Part shown: piece after piece, positions 46,904 to 59,620 of the stretch
Layout: the number at the start of each line of letters is the position of its first letter
Numbering within the stretch: the first letter of the stretch is position 1
Assembly (NCBI GenBank): GCA_900617105.1
Contig: UYFQ01000574.1
Span: 1-64,000, forward strand
Direction: 5' to 3'
Source: Hydrurus foetidus
Lineage: Eukaryota
Length of the DNA stretch: 64,000 bases
The notes under the pieces: generated by a model
The model's database searches: none
What the model was told of the DNA's origin: nothing
What the model saw: the letters and a program-made list of their open reading frames with translations, nothing else
Made by a program: the position numbers and the translations under genes

Positions 46904-47387
46904 ATGTCCCCTTCAATGATGTTTTTGATGGTCGTGAGTGTCCTGCTCCTGACGCTCAACGTCGAGGCCTTTTCTCCACTCGGCAGACCTGCGCTTAAAG
47001 TCAGTAACTCCGCTTTAAATGCTAAGGCATCGGGAGGGTTGTTCCAGAAGAAAAACATTCCTGTCTTCGGCATCACCGTCGGAACAATGGCTCTGTGCGT
47101 ACAATTGTTCATTCTATTCCCTTGGCATCCTCTCCTAAAACAAGAGTTCGCAGTGTTAGAGGTGAGACATGACAGACTTATAGTGATATGAAATATCCTA
47201 AATCCCTCCTCAGCGCGCCCAGCTCAACTGTATACTGTCGAATCACTAAGACACATCACCCATTCCACGACCCTAACAGCAAGTTACCAAAGAAGAAGTA
47301 GAGGAAGATCAGAAACTCGAATCGAAACTGGATAACCTCATCAAAGTCGACATGGAGATTCTCAGAAAGCTCTCTCTCAAGAAATAA
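46904..47387 (+). CDS. Small plastid-targeted single-TM/coiled-coil protein, paralog 1 (exons 46904-47161, 47280-47387)
   Basis: Signal peptide ending VEA-F, transit-like segment, hydrophobic helix with QLFILFPWH, and a charged tail. Confidence 0.8.
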
Positions 47388-49410
47388 ATGACCTTTGGAA
47401 TATTACAACAACCAAGCGTCTCCTTTCTCATAAGTTCCGCACGCTGCTCAGTGCAGAACACACAACAGTAGAGGGAATAACTCTGATCCTACAATCTCCG
47501 TACATCAATTAGTAGGGTCATGAGTCGCTTCAAAGGTTACATGTAAGAGTATAAATAGCTTTTGGGGAGAGACTTAACTGATCAATTAATGGAGGAATTT
47601 ATTTGTCAAACTCTATCTTTCTTTTTTCTGTCGACCGTACTTGCACCACAACATTCAGTATGTAGTGTCGTGTGAATCTACATTCTCATCGAATATGAAG
47701 TGGCAGTAACTACAGACAAGGCGCGTCGCGGCTAGTGCCACCACTCGAATGAGTCACTGTTACTTCTTCGGCAATATTCGGCAATAAATTCATAGGCAAG
47801 ACCACCACTTTCTGCAATGCCGAACACCCAAAGGAATTCATAACATGGGCTCGCAACGGCTCTTCGGACATTTTGCGAAGGCAACATCGTGGTGTTTACT
47901 GAAGAACAACGCATATTTCTGAAGAACATCAACAAACAGACGAAAAAGGGACTTTGAAACGCGATAATGAAACTGCAGACTCAGAAAAATTATTATCGTG
48001 TAGTGCGCTCACGCGATGTTGGTCAATCATACTGTGTAGGTGCCAAAGCGAAAAAAATGACTCAAACTAGTCCAGAGTGTTTCGAACCATTGCTTTAAAG
48101 AGTGCTGTTCCATATAAAGGAGACGCTTTCATTCATGACAGCTGTACATAATGAGGTTGTGAACATTTCTTGCCCCGAACTGTAGCATCACCGCTGATAA
48201 TTCTCGCACTGAGCTTGCATAAGATTATACAGCTGTCATCTCCGCATGTAGAATATATCAATGGATTAAAAAATATAATTCAAGTCAATTATAGTACTGC
48301 GGGAGAAATAACATTTCCTCAATTGAGTTATGCTTCTTTGTTACACTGTGTGTAGCTTGTAAATGGTTCGAAAATACTAAACCTTGCATCCGAGACCTTG
48401 AGATACTGTTGTATTATCGGAAACAATTGTATAACAATTGAGCCTCTGAAAGAAACCTGCCTGTCTACTGTGAAAGAATCCCTCCCACCTTAGGGCAGTA
48501 TTGATCAAAGGAAAAAATCTTAAAACGTTTTACGACATCGAGAAGATGATGATTCGCCAGCCAGTGCCCCGTGAATCAAGCCCATTATTGTGACCCAACT
48601 ATTTCTTTCATGCGTTTTCTTATAATATCAAAAGGTATCGGAACGGTATGAAGATTCCGTGTTCGGTTCTGGTTCGAGCTACCCGGAGATACGGGCTGGT
48701 GACGTCAAGAAACGTGAAATACGGTTTTGGAAAAAAACATCTTAAAAACCCCGTTTTTTGGAAAAAAAACATCTTAAAAATTGAAATCCTCGATTTGGGC
48801 ACTCAAACAATCGAATGGAAGCACTGGGCAAGCATCACATCTGTTTGCTCGATCCCAACACGATGGCTGTGCCTCTGACGAATCTGAATTTATGACATGA
48901 ATCAGTATGATGTGATCTAAAGTGTGACCTCGATGCTTTTTTGAGTTCCGTACTTCCGCAAATTTTATTGCGATGACAAGATATCCGCCAAATTTTAGTT
49001 GACCAAAAAAATTTGAAAAAACGAAAAACGAAAAAAGCATCGAGATAGTGGTGTGTGGATTTTCATTTCGGTTCTTTTGAGCCATCAGTTACAAAAAATG
49101 ATTCAGTGGCTGAATTGGGAAACGAAAATATATACTTTTGCCCGGTACAGGCGTCATCAGCCTGTAACACACACGTACTTAGCGGTTGGACCCTGGATCA
49201 GAAATTCTCCTACGTGGTGAGAAAATCATACCCTCGTACACAATATCAATATTTCGTGCGATGTGTATGAATATGAAGAATTTTAATATGTTCAACTCTT
49301 CAACTCTGCAACTCTGCAACTCTGCAACTCTTCAACGCACTTTAGTTTCACCTCTGGTTCGACAGCTACGACGTTTACCATTCGTTGTCAACACAACAAA
49401 AGAGAAGAAC

Positions 49411-49898
49411 ATGTCCTCATCAATGATGCTCCTGATTGTCGTGGCTGTGATGATGATCGCCAACGTGGAAGCTTTCTCTTCCTCGATGGGCAGACGTGCC
49501 ATTCAAGTCAGCAAAAACAGGGAGAGTTTCTCAGTCTTAAACGCACAGGCTGAGAAAGCTCAGAGCCCATTCCAAAGAAAGAATCTCCCAATCTTGGGTG
49601 CAGCCATCGGACTCACAGCGCTTACCTTCCAATTGTTTATCCTTGCTCCTTACCACGAGGTGTTGACCAAGCAATTCGAGACATTGGAGGTGAGAGACAA
49701 TTAAAGCAAGCACTGCTCGTCTGTAGACTGCCAGAAGTAGAAGTTAATTTACCATTCCCTATCATGATGTGTCATCCACTGCCATTTCAGTCAGTTACAA
49801 AGAGTGAAGTTGCTGAGGATCAGAAGCTAGAGGACCAATTGGATAAACTCCTTAAAGTCGATATGGATATTCTTAAAAAGCTTGATGTAAAGAAGTAA
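49411..49898 (+). CDS. Small plastid-targeted single-TM/coiled-coil protein, paralog 2 (exons 49411-49689, 49791-49898)
   Basis: VEA-F, FQLFILAPYH, same intron position, and a tail EDQKLE...KVDM shared with paralog 1. Confidence 0.8.
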
Positions 49899-50238
49899 AC
49901 GAATTTTAGGAGACATTAAAATTTACGTCGTCACACTTTTGGATTTCCGGAACTCTCGTACTTCAGCAACCGCACGCCGCTCAGTGCAGAACACACAACA
50001 GTAGAGGGAATAACTCTGATCCTACAATCTCCGTACATCAATTAGTAGGGTCATGAGTCGCTTCAAAGGTTACATGTAAGAGTATAAATAGCTTTTGGGG
50101 AGAGACTTAACTGATCAATTAATGGAGGAATTTATTTGTCAAACTCTATCTTTCTTTTTTCTGTCCGCCGTACTTGCACCACAACATTCACCATGTGGTG
50201 TCACCACAACATTCACCATGTGGTGTCACCACAACATT

Positions 50239-50371
50239 GGGTGACCCCGGAAAAGAAAAAATCTAGGATTCTATCGAAAATCTAGACGACCCCCCCCCCC
50301 TAGTCTAAATTCCAGCTGAAAGTCTATTTTTTCGAATAGAATCCTAGATTTTTTCTTTACAGGGGTCACCC
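50239..50371. mobile_element. 133-bp MITE with 3-bp TSD ATT (Harbinger/Tourist-like)
   Basis: TIR GGGTGACCCC..AAAGAAAAAATCTAGGATTCTAT; ATT on both sides; a matching empty site is visible near 47650. Confidence 0.85.
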
Positions 50372-51093
50372 ATTCACTATGTAGTAAAAGACACGGTCGT
50401 TGCTGTAACGGTCATGGCGCAAAATATTCTGTGCGGAGCAACGAACAAATATCAAGGAGCAGAAAGCGACACCACCACTTCTGCACGGAGTCGACGGAGA
50501 GTTGTTATCTCATTTCAGAATTATTGAGGGATTTGCATCCCATCAGTGACCTTTCTGGACAGTTTTTTTTTCGAAAAATAAGATTCCGGCGGCGCATGCC
50601 ACAAGAGGAACTGCTGAACATATCTTAAATGACAGATTTTGGGATAGCAAGTATGCAGGTACAACACCATCATGACGGGAGCACAGCACGGAGCTTTACA
50701 TGTTGAGGTGTTCGGTTCTCATATTGATGGCGATAATCAGAGTGATGATAAACGAGAAGCGGAATGATGAAGAGTGTGAAGCGAAGTCTTAAGTTGTCTG
50801 GATGCAAAATAGACTACACACGGCAGGGTTTCTTCGTGACTTACGTAGAGAATAGTATGTGCGTATCTGGCGACTTGGACCTTGGACCTGTGATGACATC
50901 GCCGCAGAAGATGGCAATAATTTGCAATTAGCACCTAGTGATGTCGTTTGTGATTCCTGTTGAAGGTGCTGATATTTTTAAATGTCCGAAATAAGATATG
51001 ACTGTTACGCGTTCTTATTGAGGTCATTCTCAATTATTTACCAACTCCCTCATGTAGCTACGAATGGGCTGAAGACGGGATATTATAATCAGT

Positions 51094-54000
51094 TCATACC
51101 GCCGTAGAAGCAATCAAGATGAGTGACTGCAACTCCTCCTCCGTGTTAGGGATGATAGATACTGGGAGTGCAATAGGCGACTTTAGAGTGGTGGTAGACA
51201 GGAGGGATATTTTATGCTGAAGCATAGCCAATAGGATGGTGGTCTGGTCCCATCCACCCGACTCCGCTTCCCGTCTCACATCTTCTGTCTGCACTATCGG
51301 CTCTGTCAATCCACCGGCATTTAGTGAGATGGACACATCCGATTCACTTGGTGCGTCAGAGGAGTCCACTGGCAGTGCCGTAGGAGAGAAGAAATACGTC
51401 GACAGATCCAAACCTTCGTCATTCTCATCAGCACTTGCATCTGCTACCTTCATTGACTTCACACATGCAGTGTTGTTCAGTAAAAGAATGTAATCGCGCG
51501 CCTGGTTGCAGACGCTATCATCACGTAATGAGTTGTACAACAGGTCGATAAGGAGTCCACCAATGGCTTCGAAGTGAAGGCCATCTAGGCCACCTGTGAC
51601 AGATGCGTACGCAAGAACCTTCGCAGCGACATCCTTGTGTATTAATGGATCGTCATGTCCCTGTGACTTCTTATTGCAACGTATTCCGGTGGATTCACTA
51701 GTTACTTCCGATTCAATCAAACCCTCAATTTTAAGGAAGAGCGTTTTAAGAGATACCCACGCATGAATACACAGACTAAGTACGCTATCTGAGCAGGCAG
51801 ACCCAGACTGTGCCAGTTTGGTCAGTAGTGAGAAGAAGGAAGAGACAGAAGAATCGCTAATTAGCCCATCTGAGGTGATGCCACACCCGCTGTATTCTGC
51901 GAAGAAAGGGGAGGTTTCTGTTCTAAGCAGTATGAGTCTTATCGCCTCTAAGTTGTTCGGATGGAGCAGCTGCTGCAAGACTACATCACGTAGACCTTCA
52001 CAATCGCTCAGTAAGGCGCTAAGGAGGGGGTGTAGATCGTAGAAAGTGTAGACTGAAAAGGCGCATTCGCTCAGTGATGACGTCACATCAGAACAGTTCC
52101 TTTCATGGTCATTTCCACACGATGTGCCTTCAGGAGATATGCTGTCGATTACCCCAGGTATCTGCTTGACAAGAGAGGAGAAGAGGAGGGATCGTGTTAT
52201 AACGTACACCATGTCGTCCACGCAGCCGTTCTGAGCGAGAGTATCCATCAGGTTGGAGTGACCACAGAAGTTGCGCGTATTCTTCCCATCATGGGAAGTT
52301 AAGATCACCAGACATAACCGGATGAAACTGTGCTGTAACTCATCAGTTTCTAAATAATCTGATGACGTTATGATGGGTCGATTACTTCGATCCGTTTTCC
52401 TCATTTCACTGCAACTGCTAGAGTTATCACCTTCGCTGTCGTCATTTCTGATAACGTCATATTTCGCTCCAAGGGAACTTTTGGGATTCATCAATAATGA
52501 GGAGGTATAGGAAGAAGAAGTAGGGGCTGTAGCAGTCTTTGAAAGGTGAGAACTTCTTGGCAATTGATATGTGCGAATTTCTTTGGAACCATCAACGCGA
52601 TCTCTCTCACCGATGCATCCTATGCGACCCTTCGAAACATTAACAAGGGCCACAATAGCCTGTTCAATAGAGGTCACACAGTCGCGCAGGTGCTCTGCCC
52701 CCCCCTCACAGTCAAGTCCGAAAGTGTGGCTGCATTCCACCATTGTGGTGAGCACTGCGCTATACGTACTCATCATAGCACTTAGAGCCTTGGAGGGACA
52801 GTGATCGCACCCCAGCATAATCGATGACAAACGGGAGAGGCAGGAGATCACAAGTTTCAGGACGGACATTCTGGACTGATCAGTAGAGCATGTCTGACTT
52901 GATGCCGATATCAATGATGCCTCTAAATGGGATAGGAAAGAGATGAGGTAGGAATGGTCGACTGCATTCTTATTGCCCTGAAGACAGAAGAGGGAACACT
53001 CTGAGAGGATTGATTCATTGTAAGAACCATTGGAAGGTGCATGAGAGACCGTATCATGTGGGGTAGTGTGTGCAATAGGAGCAAAAGACGTAGAGTCTGA
53101 ACTCTTTTCATGCGGGTGTATGGGAGAACGCAAGGCGTATTCTGTCAGTTGAAGCACGAGGTCCATATGTGACTCTACTACTCTATTGCGGATAGCAGTC
53201 GGACTGGCGGTGTGTGCGCATGTCTGGTCCAGGTTTAGGTCTAGAGATTGTTCTTCAACGCTCTGGCTGTGAATAGTGACGTCAGCGAGGAGTCCGTGAT
53301 GATGGTTCGCGTGCTTTGAGAGCTGCACCAATATCCGATCAAGGGGACAATTCTTAGTACTGCCTGCTCCAGCAAAAAAATAGAAGAGGAGTATATGAAT
53401 TGTTTTACCGAAATGCAATACTGACGGTTCGGAGATCTCAGGTTCAAGATTTTTCAGGATTATAGTGTCTCACATGACAGAAAAAGTGTGTGACTTTACC
53501 TGCCATTGACTTCAAGGTTGAGGCAGTGATTAAGTCCGTCAACGATTTAGCACCGGATAGCTGACTGATTAACTTATTGAGTTGCGGACTCCCTACCAGT
53601 GAAGGTGCCCTGTTACCTACAGACTGCAACTTCTCTGTACTCCAAGACTCCTTAAATCTACCGTCCTCTCTGGATACGTAAACGCCATCCCACAGACAGC
53701 TAGAGGCGTCTAAGACCTCATTCTCATCTCCGTATAGATTCCTCGTACTCGTATTATTGATATATGGTGTACCGGGAGGGCGCTGTCGCGCGATATAGTC
53801 CAATAGCGGTCTGTTAGATATATGCGGAAGAAGCAGTCCTAACAGCATTTTGCCGTAGTACACCATTTTCAGGGATAGCTTTTGAGATGACAATCGCATT
53901 GCCGAGTCGTGGATGTTCTCATTAGAATCCCTCGCAGCAATTTGAGTTCTTTCGAATATACCGAGAGCTACCTCAAGCTGGTAATTAAGCACACCTATTA

Positions 54001-55156
54001 GTCCGCTGTGTACTGCGTGCATTATCACAGCTGTAGGATTTCTGCGTCTCATAACATTGGGCAAGAAGTCTCCGTTTTCAACGGTGAATAATGCCACGGC
54101 ATCTAGTAGAGGAATACGCTCATCTTTACTCAATTTTGCTCCGACTGCGGTTACGCACTCTGAGGAACAAGGAAGTGCTGCTTGAGATAGAAGTAGAAAA
54201 ACCGAAGCAATTACTCTGTCTCCTTCAACTTCCATGCTGGGCAGAACAACACGCTCAGACAATGTGTACAGCACTGATGTGAACACTGATAATTGAAATT
54301 GCATGAAATCGCTCAGTTGCACTTCATTGCGCTGATGGCGACAGTGAGAGCGAGACGATGTACTCTCATCATTAGGCATTGTGTCAATATCCCGAGGTGT
54401 TGTTTCAATCCAAGAATCAATAAAATAGTTCAGGAGATTTACGACAGCATCAATCGCCTGATAATCTGGAAGATAATTTGCCAATTTTAGGTGAATTTTC
54501 AGAGATATGGCCCTCCCAGCCTCAGCACCGTTGTACAGTGAATATCGCAGAAGAAGTATCAACTCCTTCCACTGGGGATGCTCCGCAAGTTCATCAGCAT
54601 CAAGCTCAAATATTTTCCGCAAAGACTTTTCACAACAATGATCTCCTCTCAATGTTTTTAATGTTAGCTCTAATGGTTCATAGTCCGGTAGATCGTCGAA
54701 GTTGATGGATGTGAAGTATCCGTCATTCCTCTTTTTTTTATTTGGCTTTAATCCAGGGTGGTTCGTACGCAAAAGGGCCTCGTTGTCGCATTTAAGGACC
54801 TTGATTTCTTCTCCAATAGATAGAAAAGTTTCTTTCCTGATCTTATCAAACAAAAACTTCCTTGCATTGTCGTCAATTGAGATATTGCCAACAGAGTTAT
54901 CATCAGAGCTAGAACTTCGAGCGTCCGAGCGCATTAAGTCAGAGAGTGTCTCCTTCAGCTGCTTGATAAGCCCAAGATTCTCAAAGTCATCAAAGTGCGA
55001 TTCCAGTGTCAGTAGTGAGCTTATAATTTTCGCAATGTCGTCTTCTTCTGTACGATTCTCTCTGTCGCTGCTAATGGCTGACACATCTGCCGCGCGGATA
55101 CAGTGGATCGCCGCCACGACGTCCGCCAGGCTAAAGTTTCCCTGAATAGTCGCCAT
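51094..55156 (-). CDS. Large helical protein, N-terminus BROMI/TBC1D32-like; 3' exons probably continue to about 50.6 kb
   Basis: 570-aa and 774-aa ORFs separated by a probable intron (about 53365-53500). LTLESHFDDFENLGLIKQLK and ADELAEHPQWKELILLLRYSL resemble the BROMI N-terminus from memory; the family call is tentative. Confidence 0.55.
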
Positions 55157-55388
55157 CAGCCGTTTGATTCGCCACTAAGGTCTACCCATGCACGATCTAC
55201 CCGCACTTCTCTTGCTACGAGAAACCCTGTCGATAGATAGCAGATAGAACTTACAGAATACAGACTAATAGAGCTTAGAGCACTCAGCAACTTCTTGCAA
55301 CACTTACAATAGTATATGTTCACTGAATATGGAACACAAAACACGGAACACAGAACACAGAACACAGAATATAGTATCTGGTAGTTAT

Positions 55389-55592
55389 CCGGTATTACGA
55401 TTCCGGAATAAAATGAACCCTTCCGAAAAGCCAAATATTTTAGAATCCGCTGGGGCGCCACTCCCCACACCATACTAATTTCCTGTTTTTGATGATTTAG
55501 TATGGTGTGGGGAGTGGGGAGTGGCGCCCCAGCGAATTCTAAAATATTTGGCTTTTCGGAAGGGTTCATTTTATTCCGGAATCGTGATACAG
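55389..55592. mobile_element. About 200-bp foldback MITE (pogo/Tc1-like ends)
   Basis: Near-perfect inverted repeat of about 90 bp (GTATTACGATTCCGGAATAAAATGAACCCTTCCG...) with a short spacer. Confidence 0.8.
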
Positions 55593-56404
55593 TACTATAT
55601 CGGAGCTACAATGAATAAATATTACCGGGACAGAATAAAATGTCCAGTAGATATGAACGAATCCGAGGTGGAAATGGTGATTTCAACAGCGCTCAAACCT
55701 GTTTTCCTTCTCTGTTTTGGACATTTTATTCTGTCCTGGTAATATACTGTAACTTTTCGGATTGGAATGTATTGACTTTTTCCGTCAACATGAGCAGACA
55801 GCAGACCGTGCTGATAAATCGTTGTACACGCAGTAGTGCCGTATGTTAGCAGTGACGACTGTGCGATAAAGGAGCATAAAGTGCTTGCGACATTGATTTA
55901 TTGACGTCACTGGAAACGTGGCATTGATTCCAGCTGCTGATACCATGGATTGAATTGGTTAGGACCCACTAGATCTTTTTTCAGTAAATAAATCCCACCT
56001 TACAACTTTCGGCACCCAACTCTCACCTTCCAACTCAACTCACTTTACAACTTTCACCTTACAACTCAACTCACCTTACAACTTTCACCTTACAACTCTA
56101 CTCACCTTACAACTCCCACCTTACAACTCTCACCTTACAACCCTCACCTCACGACTTATTCACCTTGCAACTCCGACTCATAGGTGGCGGAAATTTAAAA
56201 AAAGTTTATCGAAGTGTATTTTTTAATCTCAGTATAATATCTGTTATTTCTTTACTTTCGCTTTTTCAATTTTTTCTAGTGAACAGCCAATTATTCTCCG
56301 AGGCATTCAATCGAAAGGCACTTTACGATTTTCTTTAGATAAAGTGGGCCTTGATCATGAGCGACAAACTTTCTGAAGCCAACCGCACCAAAATGCAAAA
56401 TCTT

Positions 56405-56480
56405 CGCGTCCTTGGAAAAATCGAACCCTCGGTCCTGATGGTGTGAGCCCCACGCCGTACCACTTAGCTACACAGAAACC
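56405..56480 (-). other. tRNA-like (Val-CAC-like) degenerate sequence with A and B boxes
   Basis: Minus strand GGTTTCTGTGTAGCTAAGTGGTA..CTCACAC..GAGGGTTCGATT. Stems pair poorly, so probably not a functional tRNA. Confidence 0.45.
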
Positions 56481-56690
56481 GCGTACACAACGGCAAAAAT
56501 ACACAAACAAATAGTACGTTCATACTTAGGCTTATCGTCACCTCGGGTCAACACTTCACAGAACACTGTTAGATTCATCTTTTTGACGTTATGAAAATTG
56601 AAATGCAAAAATCTAAAAGGTTATAATTGATATTATGTCATCTCTATTCCTGATAGAAAATCTCGTCAACTTGCTAAATTTCTTTGTACG

Positions 56691-58312
56691 ATGCTTCATT
56701 TTAGCAGGAAGTCCGCGAAAGGAAATAATCTGTTGCAGATGAACAACAAGTTATTTTCTAAAACCAAATTTGCTCATGATGTTAATGGAGAAATAACAAA
56801 ATGCTATTGGGTTTGCGTAAACATTCGCAAAGGCTGTAAGGCGAAGGTTCATTATGAGGTGGACCTTGATGTAGCGGGTCCAGGTTACGATGGAATGACA
56901 GATGGAATCATCAACGTCGTAGCGACTGATCATGACGATGAGTATTGCGTTACAGATGAGATGGACATTGCCGTTAGAAATGCAAGGAACAATGTGCTTA
57001 GAGAATCAACCTCTGGTAAGTTCAATACCGTATTTCACTATAAAAAAGTTGTTTTTCTGATTTGTATCATTTTCAGGTGTGGACCTATACGTTGCATATG
57101 CAAATGTAATGAATCCTATTCAGCTGGATAATCCAGTAGCTGCAGGACAGATGTTTACTGCGGACAGTCTGCATAGCGCCTATAGTCGACGAAGGCTCTC
57201 TGTCTTACCAAGATTACCTATTGGCTACAACGACGTTATTATACCAGAAGAATACAGAAGAGCTGAGAATGGGCATCAATTTCTACTTTTCCAAGATTCC
57301 TTTCCAAATATTCCTGGCGGACCTCTCGAGAACCATATTCTATGTTTTGGTACAAGGAAATTCTTAAAGAAAATGTGCAATGCAACAGTAGTTCACATGG
57401 AGGGGACTTTTCAAGTTTGTCCAGCACCTTATCAGCAACTTTTTACCATTTGCTCATTTCATCACGATGACAACAGATTGCTTCCGAGAATGTATTGCTT
57501 ACTAAGCGGAAAATCTCATATCGTTTACGAAAGGTTCTTCCAACTCGTCATCGAGAAAGCCGCTCATTGAAACTACGATATCAACTGGCAGAAGTCGATG
57601 AACATTCCATTTTTGCCGCTTTGACAGTGAAGTTTCCAGATGTTGATAAAAAGGGATGTCACATTCATTATTGTCAAGCGCTATTCAGGAGAATTCAGCG
57701 CAATATGAAAGTAAGTTTCAAATTTATAGTGTTCCTTCCTTTACCTGAGATTTGATTTTTTTCAATTATCATGATCATTAGGTAGCATACGATCGGGAAG
57801 AGACTGGTCTAAGAGTGGTGATGAGAAAAAAATTTGCATTAGCGTTTCTCCGACACGAAAAAACTCCCACACAGATCGCTGATCTTCGCCAAGTTCTCAA
57901 CATTCTCACCAACGATCTAATGGCATTAGTCGGAGACGACATTAGTGCTGCTCATGTAAATGACTTCCTTCAGTACTTCAACCATACTTGGATGGGGCGT
58001 TTACGGTCTTGGAACGTCTATGGATTGAACAAGAACAGAACAAACAATCACATGGAAGGTTGGCATTCTCATCTCATCCAAATGATTAACAGCAATCCTA
58101 ACCTCTGGAAGTTCATCACAAAAATCAAATCAGAGCAGACTGCCAAAGAACTGGAGCAAAATCAGATGAATAACGAGGCAATCATTGTCCCACTCACACA
58201 CAAACTGAAGGAAAAAGAACGAAGGCTAGCAAGAAGCAAACAACGGTATAACAATAATGAGTTAACCCCACTCGAGTATGTTTCAACGATTTCTAATCTT
58301 ATGCATTACTAA
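56691..58312 (+). pseudogene. FLYWCH-MULE transposase, disrupted
   Basis: YWVC..CKAKV; HMEGTF (usually DGTF); GCHIHYCQA; RTNNHMEGWH. Stop and deletion at about 57570-57600. Confidence 0.85.
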
Positions 58313-59276
58313 ATCATATACGAAATCTAACTTGAATCGTCGATACGACTTTAGGGAACCATCCACCATACCATCATCGATTGCAAATTTCGTCACTAAA
58401 TCCCGACATAATCATCAATTAATCGAAGGCACTTTACTGTCGTACGTAACTCTAAGCCTCGCTCTACGTGGTCGAATTCTGACTTCTGATAAAACAGTAT
58501 CGAATTAATCATATATATATTTTGATTACACATTTCAATAAATAATAAGAACGATTTCAATTCATTTTAATAATTCAAGTCATCAGCACATAAAAGATTT
58601 TGCCACTAGAATTCGCTGTTCAGTTGAAAATGATTTGAAAATATGATTCGAGGGTTCGATTTTTCCAAGGACGCGAAGATTTTGCATTTTGGTGCGGTTG
58701 GCTTCAGAAAGTTTGTCGCTCATGATCAAGGCCCACTTTATCTAAAGAAAATCGTAAAGTGCCTTTCGATTGAATGCCTCAGAGAATAATTGGCTGTTCA
58801 CTAGAAGAAAATTGAAAAAGCGAAAGTAAAGAAATAACAGATATTATACTGAGATTAAAAAATACACTTCGATAAACTTTTTTTTAAATTTCCGCCACCT
58901 ATGAGTCGGAGTTGCAAGGTGAATAAGTCGTGAGGTGAGGGTTGTAAGGTGAGAGTTGTAAGGTGGGAGTTGTAAGGTGAGTAGAGTTGTAAGGTGAAAG
59001 TTGTAAGGTGAGTTGAGTTGTAAGGTGAAAGTTGTAAAGTGAGTTGAGTTGGAAGGTGAGAGTTGGGTGCCGAAAGTTGTAAGGTGGGATTTATTTACTG
59101 AAAAAAGATCTAGTGAGCGATGACCACTGAATTGCATACCAAATGTGACACGAAATGTGACACGAAATGTGACGTGTTTCGCTAATGCGGAAATTAAAAA
59201 ATGAATGATGTCTGCATGGATTATGTGCATAATACAGCAAACAGTGTTACCTTGCGGTGTGAACTATCTATTGTAC

Positions 59277-59448
59277 TACCGTCGCCGACCCGGATTTCCC
59301 GTGACATAGGGACTCTTTTCTGTCCGTAATTCATCTTGTTTTGCATTCTTAGCACAACAGCAAAATCAATTTAGCATTCAGCGTGTCCCTAGTCCCTATG
59401 TCCAGAATGTACACTCAAATCCCCACAAAAAGAGGGTCGGCAACGGTA
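59277..59448. mobile_element. 172-bp MITE with 8-bp TSD TATTGTAC (hAT-like)
   Basis: TIR TACCGTCGCCGACCC / GGGTCGGCAACGGTA; TSD at 59269-59276 and 59449-59456. Confidence 0.88.
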
Positions 59449-59620
59449 TATTGTACGGAACGGACACTACATGTGTTGTACGTGCGCTAATCAACAGTCA
59501 CTTTGTCACTTGCACTACCAGGTTAGATGTTGATGTTATTCCTTCTAATAAGTTGCCAATATTTCCAAAGCATCGTCAGACATCTTCTCAACAGCACTCA
59601 CCTTAGAAAGCGATTCCGAA

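Larger units (their letters stand above)
55967..59115 (+). mobile_element. MULE with about 465-bp near-identical TIRs
   Basis: TIRs 55967-56431 and 58649-59115 contain (CACCTTACAACT)n arrays. Internal MULE transposase. No clear TSD. Confidence 0.88.

Noticed and set aside
48600..49260. Possible transposon remnant between the paralogs
   Set aside because: No TIR, TSD or coding motif could be identified.
56015..56180. CRISPR-like or telomere-like array
   Set aside because: Contiguous short units with no unique spacers, inside a MULE TIR.
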